Shown piece by piece: positions 1 through 8,448 of a stretch of DNA of 64,000 nt. This DNA is from Elusimicrobiota bacterium (GTDB lineage: Bacteria > Elusimicrobiota > Elusimicrobia > Elusimicrobiales > UBA9959). The position numbers and the translations under genes are program-made. The notes under the pieces were generated by a model. It made no database searches. It was not told the origin of the DNA and saw only the letters and a list, made by a program, of their open reading frames with translations. The first letter of the stretch is position 1. Every line of letters starts with the position of its first letter. Location: NCBI GenBank assembly GCA_019135865.1, contig JAGVVD010000037.1, positions 12,771 through 76,770 on the forward strand. The letters run 5' to 3'.

Positions 1-175
1 CGGGCACGGCCAGGCGCTTCTGGCCCGGCTTGACCAGCCGCCTTATCTCCCAGTCGCTGAGGAAGACCTTTTTAGCCGGCGGGCCTTTCTTCGCCGGACG
101 CGCCGGCGCCTCCCCCGGGCGGTCCCGGAAGAGGCGCTCGTACAGCGCGTCGGCGATGTCTCCCCGTGTCAGCAT
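1..175 (-). CDS. Hypothetical protein, N-terminal part only (runs off the left window edge)
   Basis: Minus-strand ATG at 175-173, then an open frame to position 1: MLTRGDIADALYERLFRDRPGEAPARPAKKGPPAKKVFLSDWEIRRLVKPGQKRLAVP. It starts 24 nt after the BMC-H stop on the same strand. It is below the ORF-track length cutoff, and I recognise no family. Confidence 0.3.
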   Translation of the reverse strand, partial: MLTRGDIADALYERLFRDRPGEAPARPAKKGPPAKKVFLSDWEIRRLVKPGQKRLAVP

Positions 176-199
176 GAGAATGCGGCCTCAGCCGCGGTC

Positions 200-493
200 T
201 CAGGCCTTTACGGAGATCTTGGCCAGGTACTTGTCCAGGTCGTCGGCGGGGCGCGGTATCACGTGCACGGCGACCAGCTCGCCCACTTTCTGGGCGGCGG
301 CCGAACCGGCCTCTACGGCGGCGCGCACGGCGCCGACCTCGCCCACGCAGAGCGTGGTCACGTAGCCGGAGCCGATCTTCTCGTAGCCCAGCAGCCGCAC
401 CTTGGCGGCCTTGGCCATGGCGTCCGAGGCCTCTATCATGCCGATAAAGCCCTTCGTCTCTATCATTCCCAGCGCTTCTTTAGGTTCAGACAT
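200..493 (-). CDS. BMC-H shell protein (single BMC/Pfam00936-type domain, PduA/CcmK-like hexamer)
   Basis: Translation [58 protein letters not shown]...VHVIPRP is a canonical BMC domain. I moved the start from 514 to ATG 493, which has GGAG a few nt upstream. Confidence 0.93.
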   Translation of the reverse strand: MSEPKEALGMIETKGFIGMIEASDAMAKAAKVRLLGYEKIGSGYVTTLCVGEVGAVRAAVEAGSAAAQKVGELVAVHVIPRPADDLDKYLAKISVKA

Positions 494-580
494 GTTCGCT
501 CCTTGACCCACCAAAAACCGGCCGCCGGAAGGAACCCAGCCTTTCGGCGCGCTTCCTCTCGGTCCCGTACAAAATCAACT

Positions 581-594
581 ATATAAAATTATAT
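581..594. promoter_or_regulatory. AT-rich perfect palindrome ATATAA-AA-TTATAT, containing a minus-strand TATAAT, ~90 nt upstream of the BMC-H gene
   Basis: Sequence atataaaattatat at 581-594 has 6-nt arms that are exact reverse complements. It stands out in an otherwise GC-rich intergenic region (515-615). On the minus strand TATAAT corresponds to 588-593. No convincing -35 box. Confidence 0.35.
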
Positions 595-615
595 GGCAGG
601 CACGAAATCCGACGG

Positions 616-1497
616 TCAAAACTTCTTCTTCAGGCTTATCCTCTGCGCGCTGCCCAGCTCGCCATAGGGCGTCAGCGCGTAATCGAGCGACGCCCCCGCC
701 AGGTTCACGCCCGCACCGGCCGAGAAGCCCCGGTTGTCGTCCTCCGCCGTGGTGCGCCCGGCCAGGTAACCCGCCCGCAGCGACAGCGCGGGCAGCAGCG
801 CGTACTCGCTGCCTACGCTCACCACCGTCCGGTCTTCGTGCGCCAGCCGCGTGACATCCGCGCTCACGCCGAAGCCGGGGATGATATGCGCCAGCGCGCC
901 GGCCGATACGGCCAGCGGCAGCGGGTCCGACTGCTCCAGGTACTTGAGCCCAGGCCCGATATTGCGCGCCGCCAGACCCACCGTAACGCGGCCCAGCCCC
1001 GCCGTCACGCCGATATCGGCCGCGAAAGTGGAGGCGTTCTCGCCGCCCAGCGAACTGGTGATATACTTAACCCCCGCGCCCAGCCCCAGCCCTCTCACCC
1101 GCCCCGCCAGGTTGAACGATACCGCCTGGTCGGTGTTGGAAAAACTGCCGACCGCCGCGCCGGAGGCGTCGCGCGCCGTCATCTCGCCGGCGGCGAAACG
1201 GCTGTAACCCACACCCGCGCGCAACCCCTTGAGCGGGAAGGCCGCGGCCGCGAAGTCGTGCGACGATTCCATCAGCCACCGCGTATGGCTCAGGGCCGCC
1301 TCCACGCCCCCGCCGCTCAGCAGGCCCGCCGGGTTATAGCCGATGGAACCCGCGCCGTCGGACGCGGCCGTATAGGCCGAACCCATACCCACCGCCCTGG
1401 CGGAGACGTCGATGTTAAGGAACTGCGCCCCGCTGGTCCCGGCATGAGCGCCGCCGGCCGGGAGGAGCATCGCTATGGTCAGTATGGTCTTTTTCAT
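616..1497 (-). CDS. PorV/PorQ-family-like outer membrane beta-barrel protein
   Basis: Signal peptide MKKTILTIAMLLPAGGAHA. N-terminal motif GAQFLNIDVSARAVGMGSAYTAASDGAGSIGYNPAGLL resembles the conserved PorV/PorQ (UPF0164-like) signature. The rest is Gly/Ala/Ser-rich with alternating strands and ends in ...ISLKKKF. An alternative GTG start at 1506 overlaps the upstream stop (GTGA). Confidence 0.65.
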   Translation of the reverse strand: MKKTILTIAMLLPAGGAHAGTSGAQFLNIDVSARAVGMGSAYTAASDGAGSIGYNPAGLLSGGGVEAALSHTRWLMESSHDFAAAAFPLKGLRAGVGYSRFAAGEMTARDASGAAVGSFSNTDQAVSFNLAGRVRGLGLGAGVKYITSSLGGENASTFAADIGVTAGLGRVTVGLAARNIGPGLKYLEQSDPLPLAVSAGALAHIIPGFGVSADVTRLAHEDRTVVSVGSEYALLPALSLRAGYLAGRTTAEDDNRGFSAGAGVNLAGASLDYALTPYGELGSAQRISLKKKF

Positions 1498-1502
1498 GGC
1501 GA

Positions 1503-4500
1503 TCACCTCACCACCGCGAATTTGCCGCGGGACTTGAGTTTAGAACCCGCGCGCTCCGCCTCGACGGTGAAGTAATACACCCCGCTCGCTATATGCCCTT
1601 CCCAGGCGTATTCATAGGCGTAGGCCGGACTGGTCACCTGCGGCGGACCCGTCAGCGTGCGTTCATGTACTAGCGTGCCCGCCACGCTGTAGACCTTCAG
1701 CTCTACCTTGTCGGCCAGGCCGAACTCCAGGTGGAAGACGGGGACCGCGCCGCCTTTGGCCGGATTGGGATAGACATACACCTCGCCCAGCCGGAACGCC
1801 GCCGACGGCGACAGCGGGGCCATGAACGAGGAGGGACTGTAGCCCCCGCCTTCGGGCACATATAACTCCAGCGGGTCCGACAGATACTGGCCCCTTGCCG
1901 CTATCACCGTATGCGTGCCGACTTCCAGGGCGTCGGGGATCTTCCCCTTTATGACCCCGTCGTTCCACAGCGTCAATTGCGCGGGCAAACCGCCGATGAG
2001 CACCCGCGCTATGGCCGCGTCGTAAGGCCCGAAGAAAGCGCCATAGATATTGAACGCTTCGCCACCGGTCCCCGCCGTAGGCGTCATGCTCGATACCGAC
2101 GGCTCCACTATCGTCATGGTGGAGGCCGCCGACTGCGATACGCCGCCGTTGAAGCTGCGCCGCACCAGCACGGGATAGTCGCCTTCGCCCAGCGCCGGCA
2201 GTTTGCCCTTTATCTGTGTGTCCGTCCAGAGGGTAAGCTGCGCCGTGGCGCCGCCGATGAGCGTCTCGGACTTGCCCGCCGCATAGTTGCCGAAGTTATA
2301 ACCTATCAGCGTGAACGGCGCGAGCACCGCCGCCGGCGACGGCGATACCGTTTCCAGCACCGGGTCGGCCAGTTCGAAGGATAATGCCTGCGAATGGGCG
2401 ACGCCGCCATTGAAGGCGCGCTCGACCAGCACTTCATGCGTGCCGGGCTCTATTGTGCCGGGCACAGTGCCCTTTATCTGCCCGTCCGTCCACAGTGTAA
2501 GCGGGGCAGTGGTTCCGCCGATAAGCACCTTCGCGTTATTGGCGGCATAGTTGCCGAAGCCGGAGCCCGTCAGCGTGAACGGCAGGCCGATAGGTCCTGA
2601 AGACGGCGTTATAGCCGCCAGGGCCGGCACGGTCAGCGTGAAGGGCAAAGGCTGCGATGATACCAGCCCGCCGTTGAGCTGACGCTCCACCACGACTTCA
2701 TACGCGCCGGGCGCTATTGTGCCCGGCACTGTCCCCTTTATCTGAGTGTCGTTCCACAAGGTAAGCGGGCAGGTGGTGCCGCCGATAAGTACACGGGTAT
2801 AGTTGGCCACATAATTGCCAAACCCCGTCCCGTTCAGCACGAATGGCAGGCCGATAGGCCCCGAAGACGGGGTTATCAGCTGCGCCGCTGGTGCGACCAC
2901 GTCGAAGTTCAGCGCCGAAGAGCGTATCAGCCCGCCATTGAGCTCGCGCTCGACTATGACCTCGTGCGGACCCGCGGCCAGAACACCCGGCACCGTGCCC
3001 TTTATCTGCGTATCGCTCCACAAGGTGAGCGGGGCCGTGGTCCCGCCTATCAGCACACGCGTCCAACCGGCCGAATAATTGCCGAAGCCGGCGCCGTGTA
3101 TCGTGAACGGCAGGCCGATAGGTCCCGCCACCGGCGTCATGCTGGCCGCGTCCACCGCCAGCACGGTGAAGGACATCTCGGGACTGTGCATCACGCCGCC
3201 GTCGGCCGTACGGCGCTCCACCAGCACCGGGTACTGCCCCGTCGCCAGCCCGCCCGGCACCGTCCCTTTTATCTGGCCGTCGGTCCACAGGGTAAGCGGA
3301 CAGGTTGCTCCGCCCATAAGCACCGTGGTGTAATTGGCGACATAGTTGCCGAACCCCGAGCCGGCTATCGTAAAGGGCATACCTATCGGCCCCGACGAGG
3401 GCGCTATCCAGTCCGCCTCCATGTTCCGCAGGTCGAACATGACGGTCGCCGACCGGACCAGCCCGCCATTGAGCGCGCGTTCGACCAACACTTCATGGAC
3501 GCCGGGCGTTATGGTACCGGGTATAGTCCCCTTTATCTGCGTATCGGTCCACAGGGTAAGTTGACAGGTAGTCCCGCCGATGAGCGCCCGCGTGTAATTA
3601 GCCACATAATTGCCGAAGCCGGACCCCGTCAGCGTGAAAGGCAGGCCTATCGGGCCGGACGAAGGCGATATCTCGGCCAATGCCGGTACGACGACGGTGA
3701 ACGAAGAGGTCTCGGCCAGCAGGCCGGCCCCGCGCATCACCAGAACCGGGTATTCCCCTGCCGCCAGCGAACCAGGCACCGTGCCCTTTATCTGCGTGTC
3801 GGTCCACAGCGTCAGCGGCGCGGTGGCCCCGCCTATCAGCGCCACCGTGGTACCGGCCGAATAAGCGCCGAACCCTTCGCCCGTTATAGTGAATGGCAGG
3901 CCTATAGGGCCGGAAGAGGGCGTGATGGAAGCCTCCGCCGCGCCCGACGAGGACCCCACCGTGAAATGAGCCGTTCTCACCGCCGAGGCGTTCATCACCA
4001 TATCATGCGCCAGGTAATAGACGGTATGCGTGCCGGGCGTCAGCGTGAACGGACCTTCGTAACGCGGATTCTCACAGGTGCCTGGTGGACCGGTGAAAGT
4101 CGGCTCACCTTCGGGGCACTCATCCCATGCGGCGCCCGTCAGGTAGTAAATATCGAGCAGGCCCGAGGCGACACCATTGGAAACAGGGTCGACACCTTCC
4201 AGCGTTATGGAGTCCCCTTCGACCAGATAGACCTCGCCGCCGTCAGGAACCGTGGAACCCGCTATTAAAAGCGTCACCAACGGCGCCGTGCCGTCTACCG
4301 TGACAGTTGTAGATTTAATGACCTCCGCATTACCCGCGTAGTCCCTGCTGGCGAAATAAATAAGGTGGATTCCTTCCGGCAGCGTGAACGGAGCCACGGC
4401 CGGTGTCATATCTCCGAAGGTAAGTGGAGGGGTGTTCAGTTGATATGCCGCAACAGAGGAACCGCTGATCTCACTGTCGACAAGATATGAGTCGCCGCTT

Positions 4501-5039
4501 ATGAAATCAAGAAAAGTATGGGTTGCAATGTATATCCGGTCCTCTTCATCAGCATACTCCGGTCCGTCCAGAAGAAGCATCGTGAATGGCGGATCCACAT
4601 CCGGCGAAAGGTATTCTCCGCAAAATACCCCGTCCGGCTCAAGACACTCTCCGCGCATACTGCGGAATAAATTCTGCGTGCGATAAACCCATTTTCTAGC
4701 GGACGGCAGAAAATCAGGGGAAGTGTGCGTCAGGTCGATGGTTATCGTGGCACTGCCGCTGGAGAGATCATATCCCTCCCCTATCTCGAAATCGATACGA
4801 AAATACGTCGTGCATCCCGGGAAAACAGAGACCGGCCCCAAAAAGGACGTTTCCAGAATATCGAGCGACGCGACACTGACTACGGCTGAAATGGCCGCTC
4901 CGTCTACCGGAGCGGTGCTCGCGGGATTATTGAAAAGGGGCACCGAAATACTGCCCCGATCACCGATCGACATCGGTCCCGCGGCAAAGCCCGGAATGGA
5001 AGACAGCAATAATGCTGTTACTGCCAGGACCCGGCTCAT
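1503..5039 (-). CDS. Large secreted surface protein: N-terminal Ig-like region, 8 tandem IPT/TIG-like repeats, C-terminal T9SS/FlgD-Ig-like sorting domain
   Basis: Signal peptide MSRVLAVTALLLSSIPGFAAG (start moved from 5069 to ATG 5039). There are eight ~87-aa repeats of the pattern I(T/S)PSSGPIGLPFT(L/I)TGSGFGNY...LIGGTT(A/C)PLTLWTDTQIKGTVPG...HEV(L/V)VER. The C-terminus, VYVYPNPAKGG...VELKVYSVAGTLVHERTL...YAWEGHIASGVYYFTVEAE...KFAVVR, matches the T9SS C-terminal/FlgD Ig-like pattern. Confidence 0.85.
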   Translation of the reverse strand: MSRVLAVTALLLSSIPGFAAGPMSIGDRGSISVPLFNNPASTAPVDGAAISAVVSVASLDILETSFLGPVSVFPGCTTYFRIDFEIGEGYDLSSGSATITIDLTHTSPDFLPSARKWVYRTQNLFRSMRGECLEPDGVFCGEYLSPDVDPPFTMLLLDGPEYADEEDRIYIATHTFLDFISGDSYLVDSEISGSSVAAYQLNTPPLTFGDMTPAVAPFTLPEGIHLIYFASRDYAGNAEVIKSTTVTVDGTAPLVTLLIAGSTVPDGGEVYLVEGDSITLEGVDPVSNGVASGLLDIYYLTGAAWDECPEGEPTFTGPPGTCENPRYEGPFTLTPGTHTVYYLAHDMVMNASAVRTAHFTVGSSSGAAEASITPSSGPIGLPFTITGEGFGAYSAGTTVALIGGATAPLTLWTDTQIKGTVPGSLAAGEYPVLVMRGAGLLAETSSFTVVVPALAEISPSSGPIGLPFTLTGSGFGNYVANYTRALIGGTTCQLTLWTDTQIKGTIPGTITPGVHEVLVERALNGGLVRSATVMFDLRNMEADWIAPSSGPIGMPFTIAGSGFGNYVANYTTVLMGGATCPLTLWTDGQIKGTVPGGLATGQYPVLVERRTADGGVMHSPEMSFTVLAVDAASMTPVAGPIGLPFTIHGAGFGNYSAGWTRVLIGGTTAPLTLWSDTQIKGTVPGVLAAGPHEVIVERELNGGLIRSSALNFDVVAPAAQLITPSSGPIGLPFVLNGTGFGNYVANYTRVLIGGTTCPLTLWNDTQIKGTVPGTIAPGAYEVVVERQLNGGLVSSQPLPFTLTVPALAAITPSSGPIGLPFTLTGSGFGNYAANNAKVLIGGTTAPLTLWTDGQIKGTVPGTIEPGTHEVLVERAFNGGVAHSQALSFELADPVLETVSPSPAAVLAPFTLIGYNFGNYAAGKSETLIGGATAQLTLWTDTQIKGKLPALGEGDYPVLVRRSFNGGVSQSAASTMTIVEPSVSSMTPTAGTGGEAFNIYGAFFGPYDAAIARVLIGGLPAQLTLWNDGVIKGKIPDALEVGTHTVIAARGQYLSDPLELYVPEGGGYSPSSFMAPLSPSAAFRLGEVYVYPNPAKGGAVPVFHLEFGLADKVELKVYSVAGTLVHERTLTGPPQVTSPAYAYEYAWEGHIASGVYYFTVEAERAGSKLKSRGKFAVVR
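1854..3935 (-). repeat. Eight in-frame tandem coding repeats, period ~261-267 nt (IPT/TIG-like modules)
   Basis: The DNA motif ggcaggccgataggncc recurs near 2581, 2843, 3109, 3640 and 3895. Antisense ORFs in the track start with near-identical peptides (MPNPVPFSTNGRPIGPEDG, MPKPAPCIVNGRPIGPATG, MPNPEPAIVKGIPIGPDEG, MPKPDPVSVKGRPIGPDEG) at 2815, 3079, 3346 and 3610, a spacing of 264-267 nt. Confidence 0.9.
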
Positions 5040-5091
5040 TCCAATATCCAATCGCTGATTTATACACATAAATCCGAATTTAACCCATTTT

Positions 5092-6045
5092 TTAAGGTTG
5101 CAAACCGCTCTCCTGTCGGCCCACGGAGTTCCTTTCCGCCGACTGCCCCGCCGGCTTGTCCCAGTTGTCCAGATATTCCTGCGCTTTCTTGGCGACGACC
5201 GGCCGTTTGTCTTTCAGGGCTTTCTCGACCATGAACCGGACTTTATGATTGCGGTAGTATTCTAGCGCTCCCAAAACTTTTTTCACATCGGCGCTGTAGA
5301 AATCCTCGTGCATCTGGACCGGAAGGGGCAAGGGTTTCGGTTTTACGGTCTTCGCCTTCTGTTTGATCTCCGTCCATTGTTCTAGAAAGGCCTGGTAATC
5401 CTCCGCTTCCTCTAGCCATTTCTCCACGCAGTCAGGGCCGGCATCGGTCCTCAGTCTGCATTCCGCGGCCGCATAACGCTTCCACCAGAATTCGTTATAG
5501 TCGGCGTAAAGGGCGTCCCATTCCTTGTACATGTCATAGTCGGAATAAAGCCCCACTATGCTGGAAAGGGGATGGCCATCCCCGCCGGGATGTTTCCACA
5601 GCGAAGGCTGGCCCAACTCGGATTTCTTCCACTCAAGGTAGTCTTTGTAATAGTATTCTGCAAGTTTGAGATGGTTTTCACAGAAGCCAGCCGCACGAGC
5701 ATAACTCATCACATCTTCCGCATAATGGGATACATCGCCCGACATTGATAAGTCATAGAGTATTGAGATGTCCAAGTCTTTTTGCTTTTTACCCAGATTC
5801 TTTATGGCATACTGGCAAGATTTCATGGTTTTTTCCCGATTTATTGCCGATCGGATCACTAAAGGCAATTTCAGGAATTCTTCGCGTGGGATGGCATATT
5901 CCGACGAATATGTCCCCATGATTACCGAAAAATTGCGTCGTCCTTCGTAGGACAAATTCAAAAACTCCTCTTTGGAAATTGCCTGTCCCGGCACCTCCAG
6001 GCCCATCAGCATGATGAGGAAAACAATCATTGTTTTCATATACAC
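5092..6045 (-). CDS. Hypothetical secreted, mostly alpha-helical protein (possible partner or immunity protein of the upstream peptidase)
   Basis: 317-aa ORF with a hydrophobic N-terminus (MKTMIVFLIMLMGLEVPGQA) and W/Y/E/K-rich composition. GC is visibly lower than the window average. Its start abuts the stop of the 800-aa gene (6045/6046). No family recognised. Confidence 0.6.
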   Translation of the reverse strand: MYMKTMIVFLIMLMGLEVPGQAISKEEFLNLSYEGRRNFSVIMGTYSSEYAIPREEFLKLPLVIRSAINREKTMKSCQYAIKNLGKKQKDLDISILYDLSMSGDVSHYAEDVMSYARAAGFCENHLKLAEYYYKDYLEWKKSELGQPSLWKHPGGDGHPLSSIVGLYSDYDMYKEWDALYADYNEFWWKRYAAAECRLRTDAGPDCVEKWLEEAEDYQAFLEQWTEIKQKAKTVKPKPLPLPVQMHEDFYSADVKKVLGALEYYRNHKVRFMVEKALKDKRPVVAKKAQEYLDNWDKPAGQSAERNSVGRQESGLQP

Positions 6046-8448
6046 TCAATCCCCAAGATGTATCACTCTCGCTTCATCGAAAATGTCCGCGATACCATTC
6101 CCGTTCAAGTCTTCAAGAACATCGTAAACTCCATTGTCGTTTGAGTCTTTCCTCCCTTTCGCCTTAATATCGAAATTGCTGGTAAAGACTCCCTCAATTA
6201 ACGCCCCGTTCCAATCTATTAATCCTGTCCCGTCACAGTTTCCGTACAGCATCTGCTCATATCGTTTTTTGCCGGAGACATATATCGTTCTTTCCAGTAT
6301 TTTAGGACATTCCGTGGCCAGCCACAGCTTTCTCATATTGGCGCCGTTTACCGGAGCCGCCTGTATGTCCACTGCCTCGCCGAACTGATGGACGCTGTTC
6401 CAGACGCCGCCTTCGCGTCTGTTGTGCCTGGCGCTGCGGTAGCCGCTTGTGACCCGCACCCCGAACTCACCCTGAAAGCCGGCCCTGAGCGAAAGCGCTT
6501 CCTGCGCACGTTCCCGCGGGTATATGTGCGCGGAACAGTCGCTGTATTTGACGAACTCCCCGTCGGTACCGGGGCTGAACAGGGGACGGGTATATCTGCT
6601 GAAGTAGCCGGGTGCTGTCAGGTCGTACTCCGGCGTGCTCAGGTCGAAATACTCTTGCCGGCATTTGTCAATCGTGTCCTGGCGGATAGAGCGCGGGTAA
6701 GCCTTTACCTTCCCTTTCGGGGTATCCACGCTCGCGTCGATCTTGTACTTCAGCGGGAACTGGCGGCCTGTGGGGGCCTCGGGGACGCGTGTTACATAAA
6801 AATACGTTGCCGGACCGGCGGCGGGATTATCCGGATCGCCGCTGTCCATGTCGTCGTCCTTCGAATCCTCCACCGTCCAGGCTATGCCGGCTGAAAGCGT
6901 GTTGTATTCCGGCGTGTCGGGCTTGAGGTCGGCCGCGAGGTCGACCTTGTTCTCGCCGAAAAGGGTGGTGAACGATACCCCGTCGTTGGGATAGCCGATA
7001 TTGCTAATACGCAGCATCGGCGTGACGTCGGGATTGCCGGCGACGGGCCCGACGTCTTCCGGTTCCGCCGCCATCGAGGGCGGCAACCCCGCCGAGACCG
7101 CGCATCCGGTGCTGGTCCTCTTCTGGCAGGAAGGACAGTACGCGGTATACATGTACGGACCGGTCTTATCCCCCGTCCATACGGAGACGAACGCTATGCC
7201 AAGGTCATTGGTCTGCACGGAACCGGGCATAGCCTGCTGCCCCGCCGCGCCGGGAGGCGCGCCCGCCGCGCTGAAGTTTATATCCAGTCCGGGCTCACCT
7301 TGATGCGTGAGTGTGTTAAATGCCCGCACGATAAAGGCGTTGTTGACCCGGCTGTTTATATCCGCGTATTTATCGCATTGGATAATGCTTAACTCCGTTA
7401 CCTCTTCATTCGTTTTTGCTGTCGCGGTAAAATTCACGGCGGACGCGGCCGTCACGCAGCCAGCGCAGGTCGCTTTCACCGCATACTGGCCTGAAACTGT
7501 CCCGAGCGTCAGGGTCGTCCGCGCTATGCCGTCGGCGTCAGTCGTGAACACCCCTCCGCTCAATGTCGCCCCGTTGACAGGATCCTGTATAGTAAAGGTC
7601 ACCGCTTCTCCAGCTACAGGCTGGCCGGTGTCATCCTGTGTAACCCTGACGGCGAACGGCGACGGAAGCGACTGGGCTGTAAACCAGGTCTGGCCGCCGC
7701 CTGATTCATATGTTAATACTTTGCCTTTGTAACGGACTTCGGCCAGCCCGACGGCGGCGTTGAAACTTATTGAAGGGCTAGGACTGCCCTGGGGGCGTAT
7801 CTGCGACTGCGCACTCATCGCCAGATAGCCGACGAGATAATAAGGCTCCCCTCCTATATCCACGGAAGAGCCGGAAGCCCGGCTCTCTACCGCAAGGATG
7901 GTATCTTTGCTCTCGCTGAAATTGGGGACGGAACTGTCGCTGGCGTATCCCAAGGATGTGACCGGGACCGTTGAAAGAGTACTGGTAAGCGAGGCGGAGA
8001 CGCTCACCGTAGCGATGGGGGCGTATTGCCCTGCGACAACACCCACCAATTTCATGTTCGTCCAACTTATATTCACTGTAGCCGGGACTTTGACTACAAC
8101 CGCTTCATTATTGGGGACTTTGGCGTAAATACGGGAGAGAGAATTAGCATTGGCGGACCCAAAGACGCTGTAGTCGTCAAGAAGTCGAGTCATATTTCCA
8201 TTAACGGATGATTTGGAGGCATTAGCACCGGCGATGTAATAACCGGTATTTAACCCCCGCGACACCGAACAGTCAGGGGTGTTGCAGGCACCGGAGCTGA
8301 CGGCATTGTAATAGACGCTGTACCAGTTCCGGACATAAACATCGGCTGATTCGGTCAGTACCGAGGTTGGGACCTGCGCGTGCACGGCGGGAGCCGGCAG
8401 CGCCGCAAGCGCCGCTAAGGTTATTGTCAATAGTCCTCTGGTAATCAT
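6046..8448 (-). CDS. Secreted multidomain protein: Big_1-like Ig domains plus a C-terminal peptidase M15A (YcbK/DUF882-type zinc peptidoglycan peptidase) domain and a Ca-binding-like tail
   Basis: Signal peptide MITRGLLTITLAALAALPAPAVHAQ. Invasin/Big_1-like segment VRVTQDDTGQPVAGEAVTFTIQDPVNGATLSGGVFTTDADGIARTTLTLGTVSGQYAVKATCAGC. M15A signature VTSGYRSARHNRREGGVWNSVHQFGEAVDI. Asp/Asn/Gly-rich tail DSNDNGVYDVLEDLNGNGIADIFDE. Confidence 0.75.
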   Translation of the reverse strand: MITRGLLTITLAALAALPAPAVHAQVPTSVLTESADVYVRNWYSVYYNAVSSGACNTPDCSVSRGLNTGYYIAGANASKSSVNGNMTRLLDDYSVFGSANANSLSRIYAKVPNNEAVVVKVPATVNISWTNMKLVGVVAGQYAPIATVSVSASLTSTLSTVPVTSLGYASDSSVPNFSESKDTILAVESRASGSSVDIGGEPYYLVGYLAMSAQSQIRPQGSPSPSISFNAAVGLAEVRYKGKVLTYESGGGQTWFTAQSLPSPFAVRVTQDDTGQPVAGEAVTFTIQDPVNGATLSGGVFTTDADGIARTTLTLGTVSGQYAVKATCAGCVTAASAVNFTATAKTNEEVTELSIIQCDKYADINSRVNNAFIVRAFNTLTHQGEPGLDINFSAAGAPPGAAGQQAMPGSVQTNDLGIAFVSVWTGDKTGPYMYTAYCPSCQKRTSTGCAVSAGLPPSMAAEPEDVGPVAGNPDVTPMLRISNIGYPNDGVSFTTLFGENKVDLAADLKPDTPEYNTLSAGIAWTVEDSKDDDMDSGDPDNPAAGPATYFYVTRVPEAPTGRQFPLKYKIDASVDTPKGKVKAYPRSIRQDTIDKCRQEYFDLSTPEYDLTAPGYFSRYTRPLFSPGTDGEFVKYSDCSAHIYPRERAQEALSLRAGFQGEFGVRVTSGYRSARHNRREGGVWNSVHQFGEAVDIQAAPVNGANMRKLWLATECPKILERTIYVSGKKRYEQMLYGNCDGTGLIDWNGALIEGVFTSNFDIKAKGRKDSNDNGVYDVLEDLNGNGIADIFDEARVIHLGD

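Noticed and set aside
494-580. Possible riboswitch or attenuator in the leader of the first BMC-H gene
   Set aside because: There is some hairpin potential and a short T-run, but no resemblance to any riboswitch class I know. With no comparative data to support structure, I note it only within the promoter finding.
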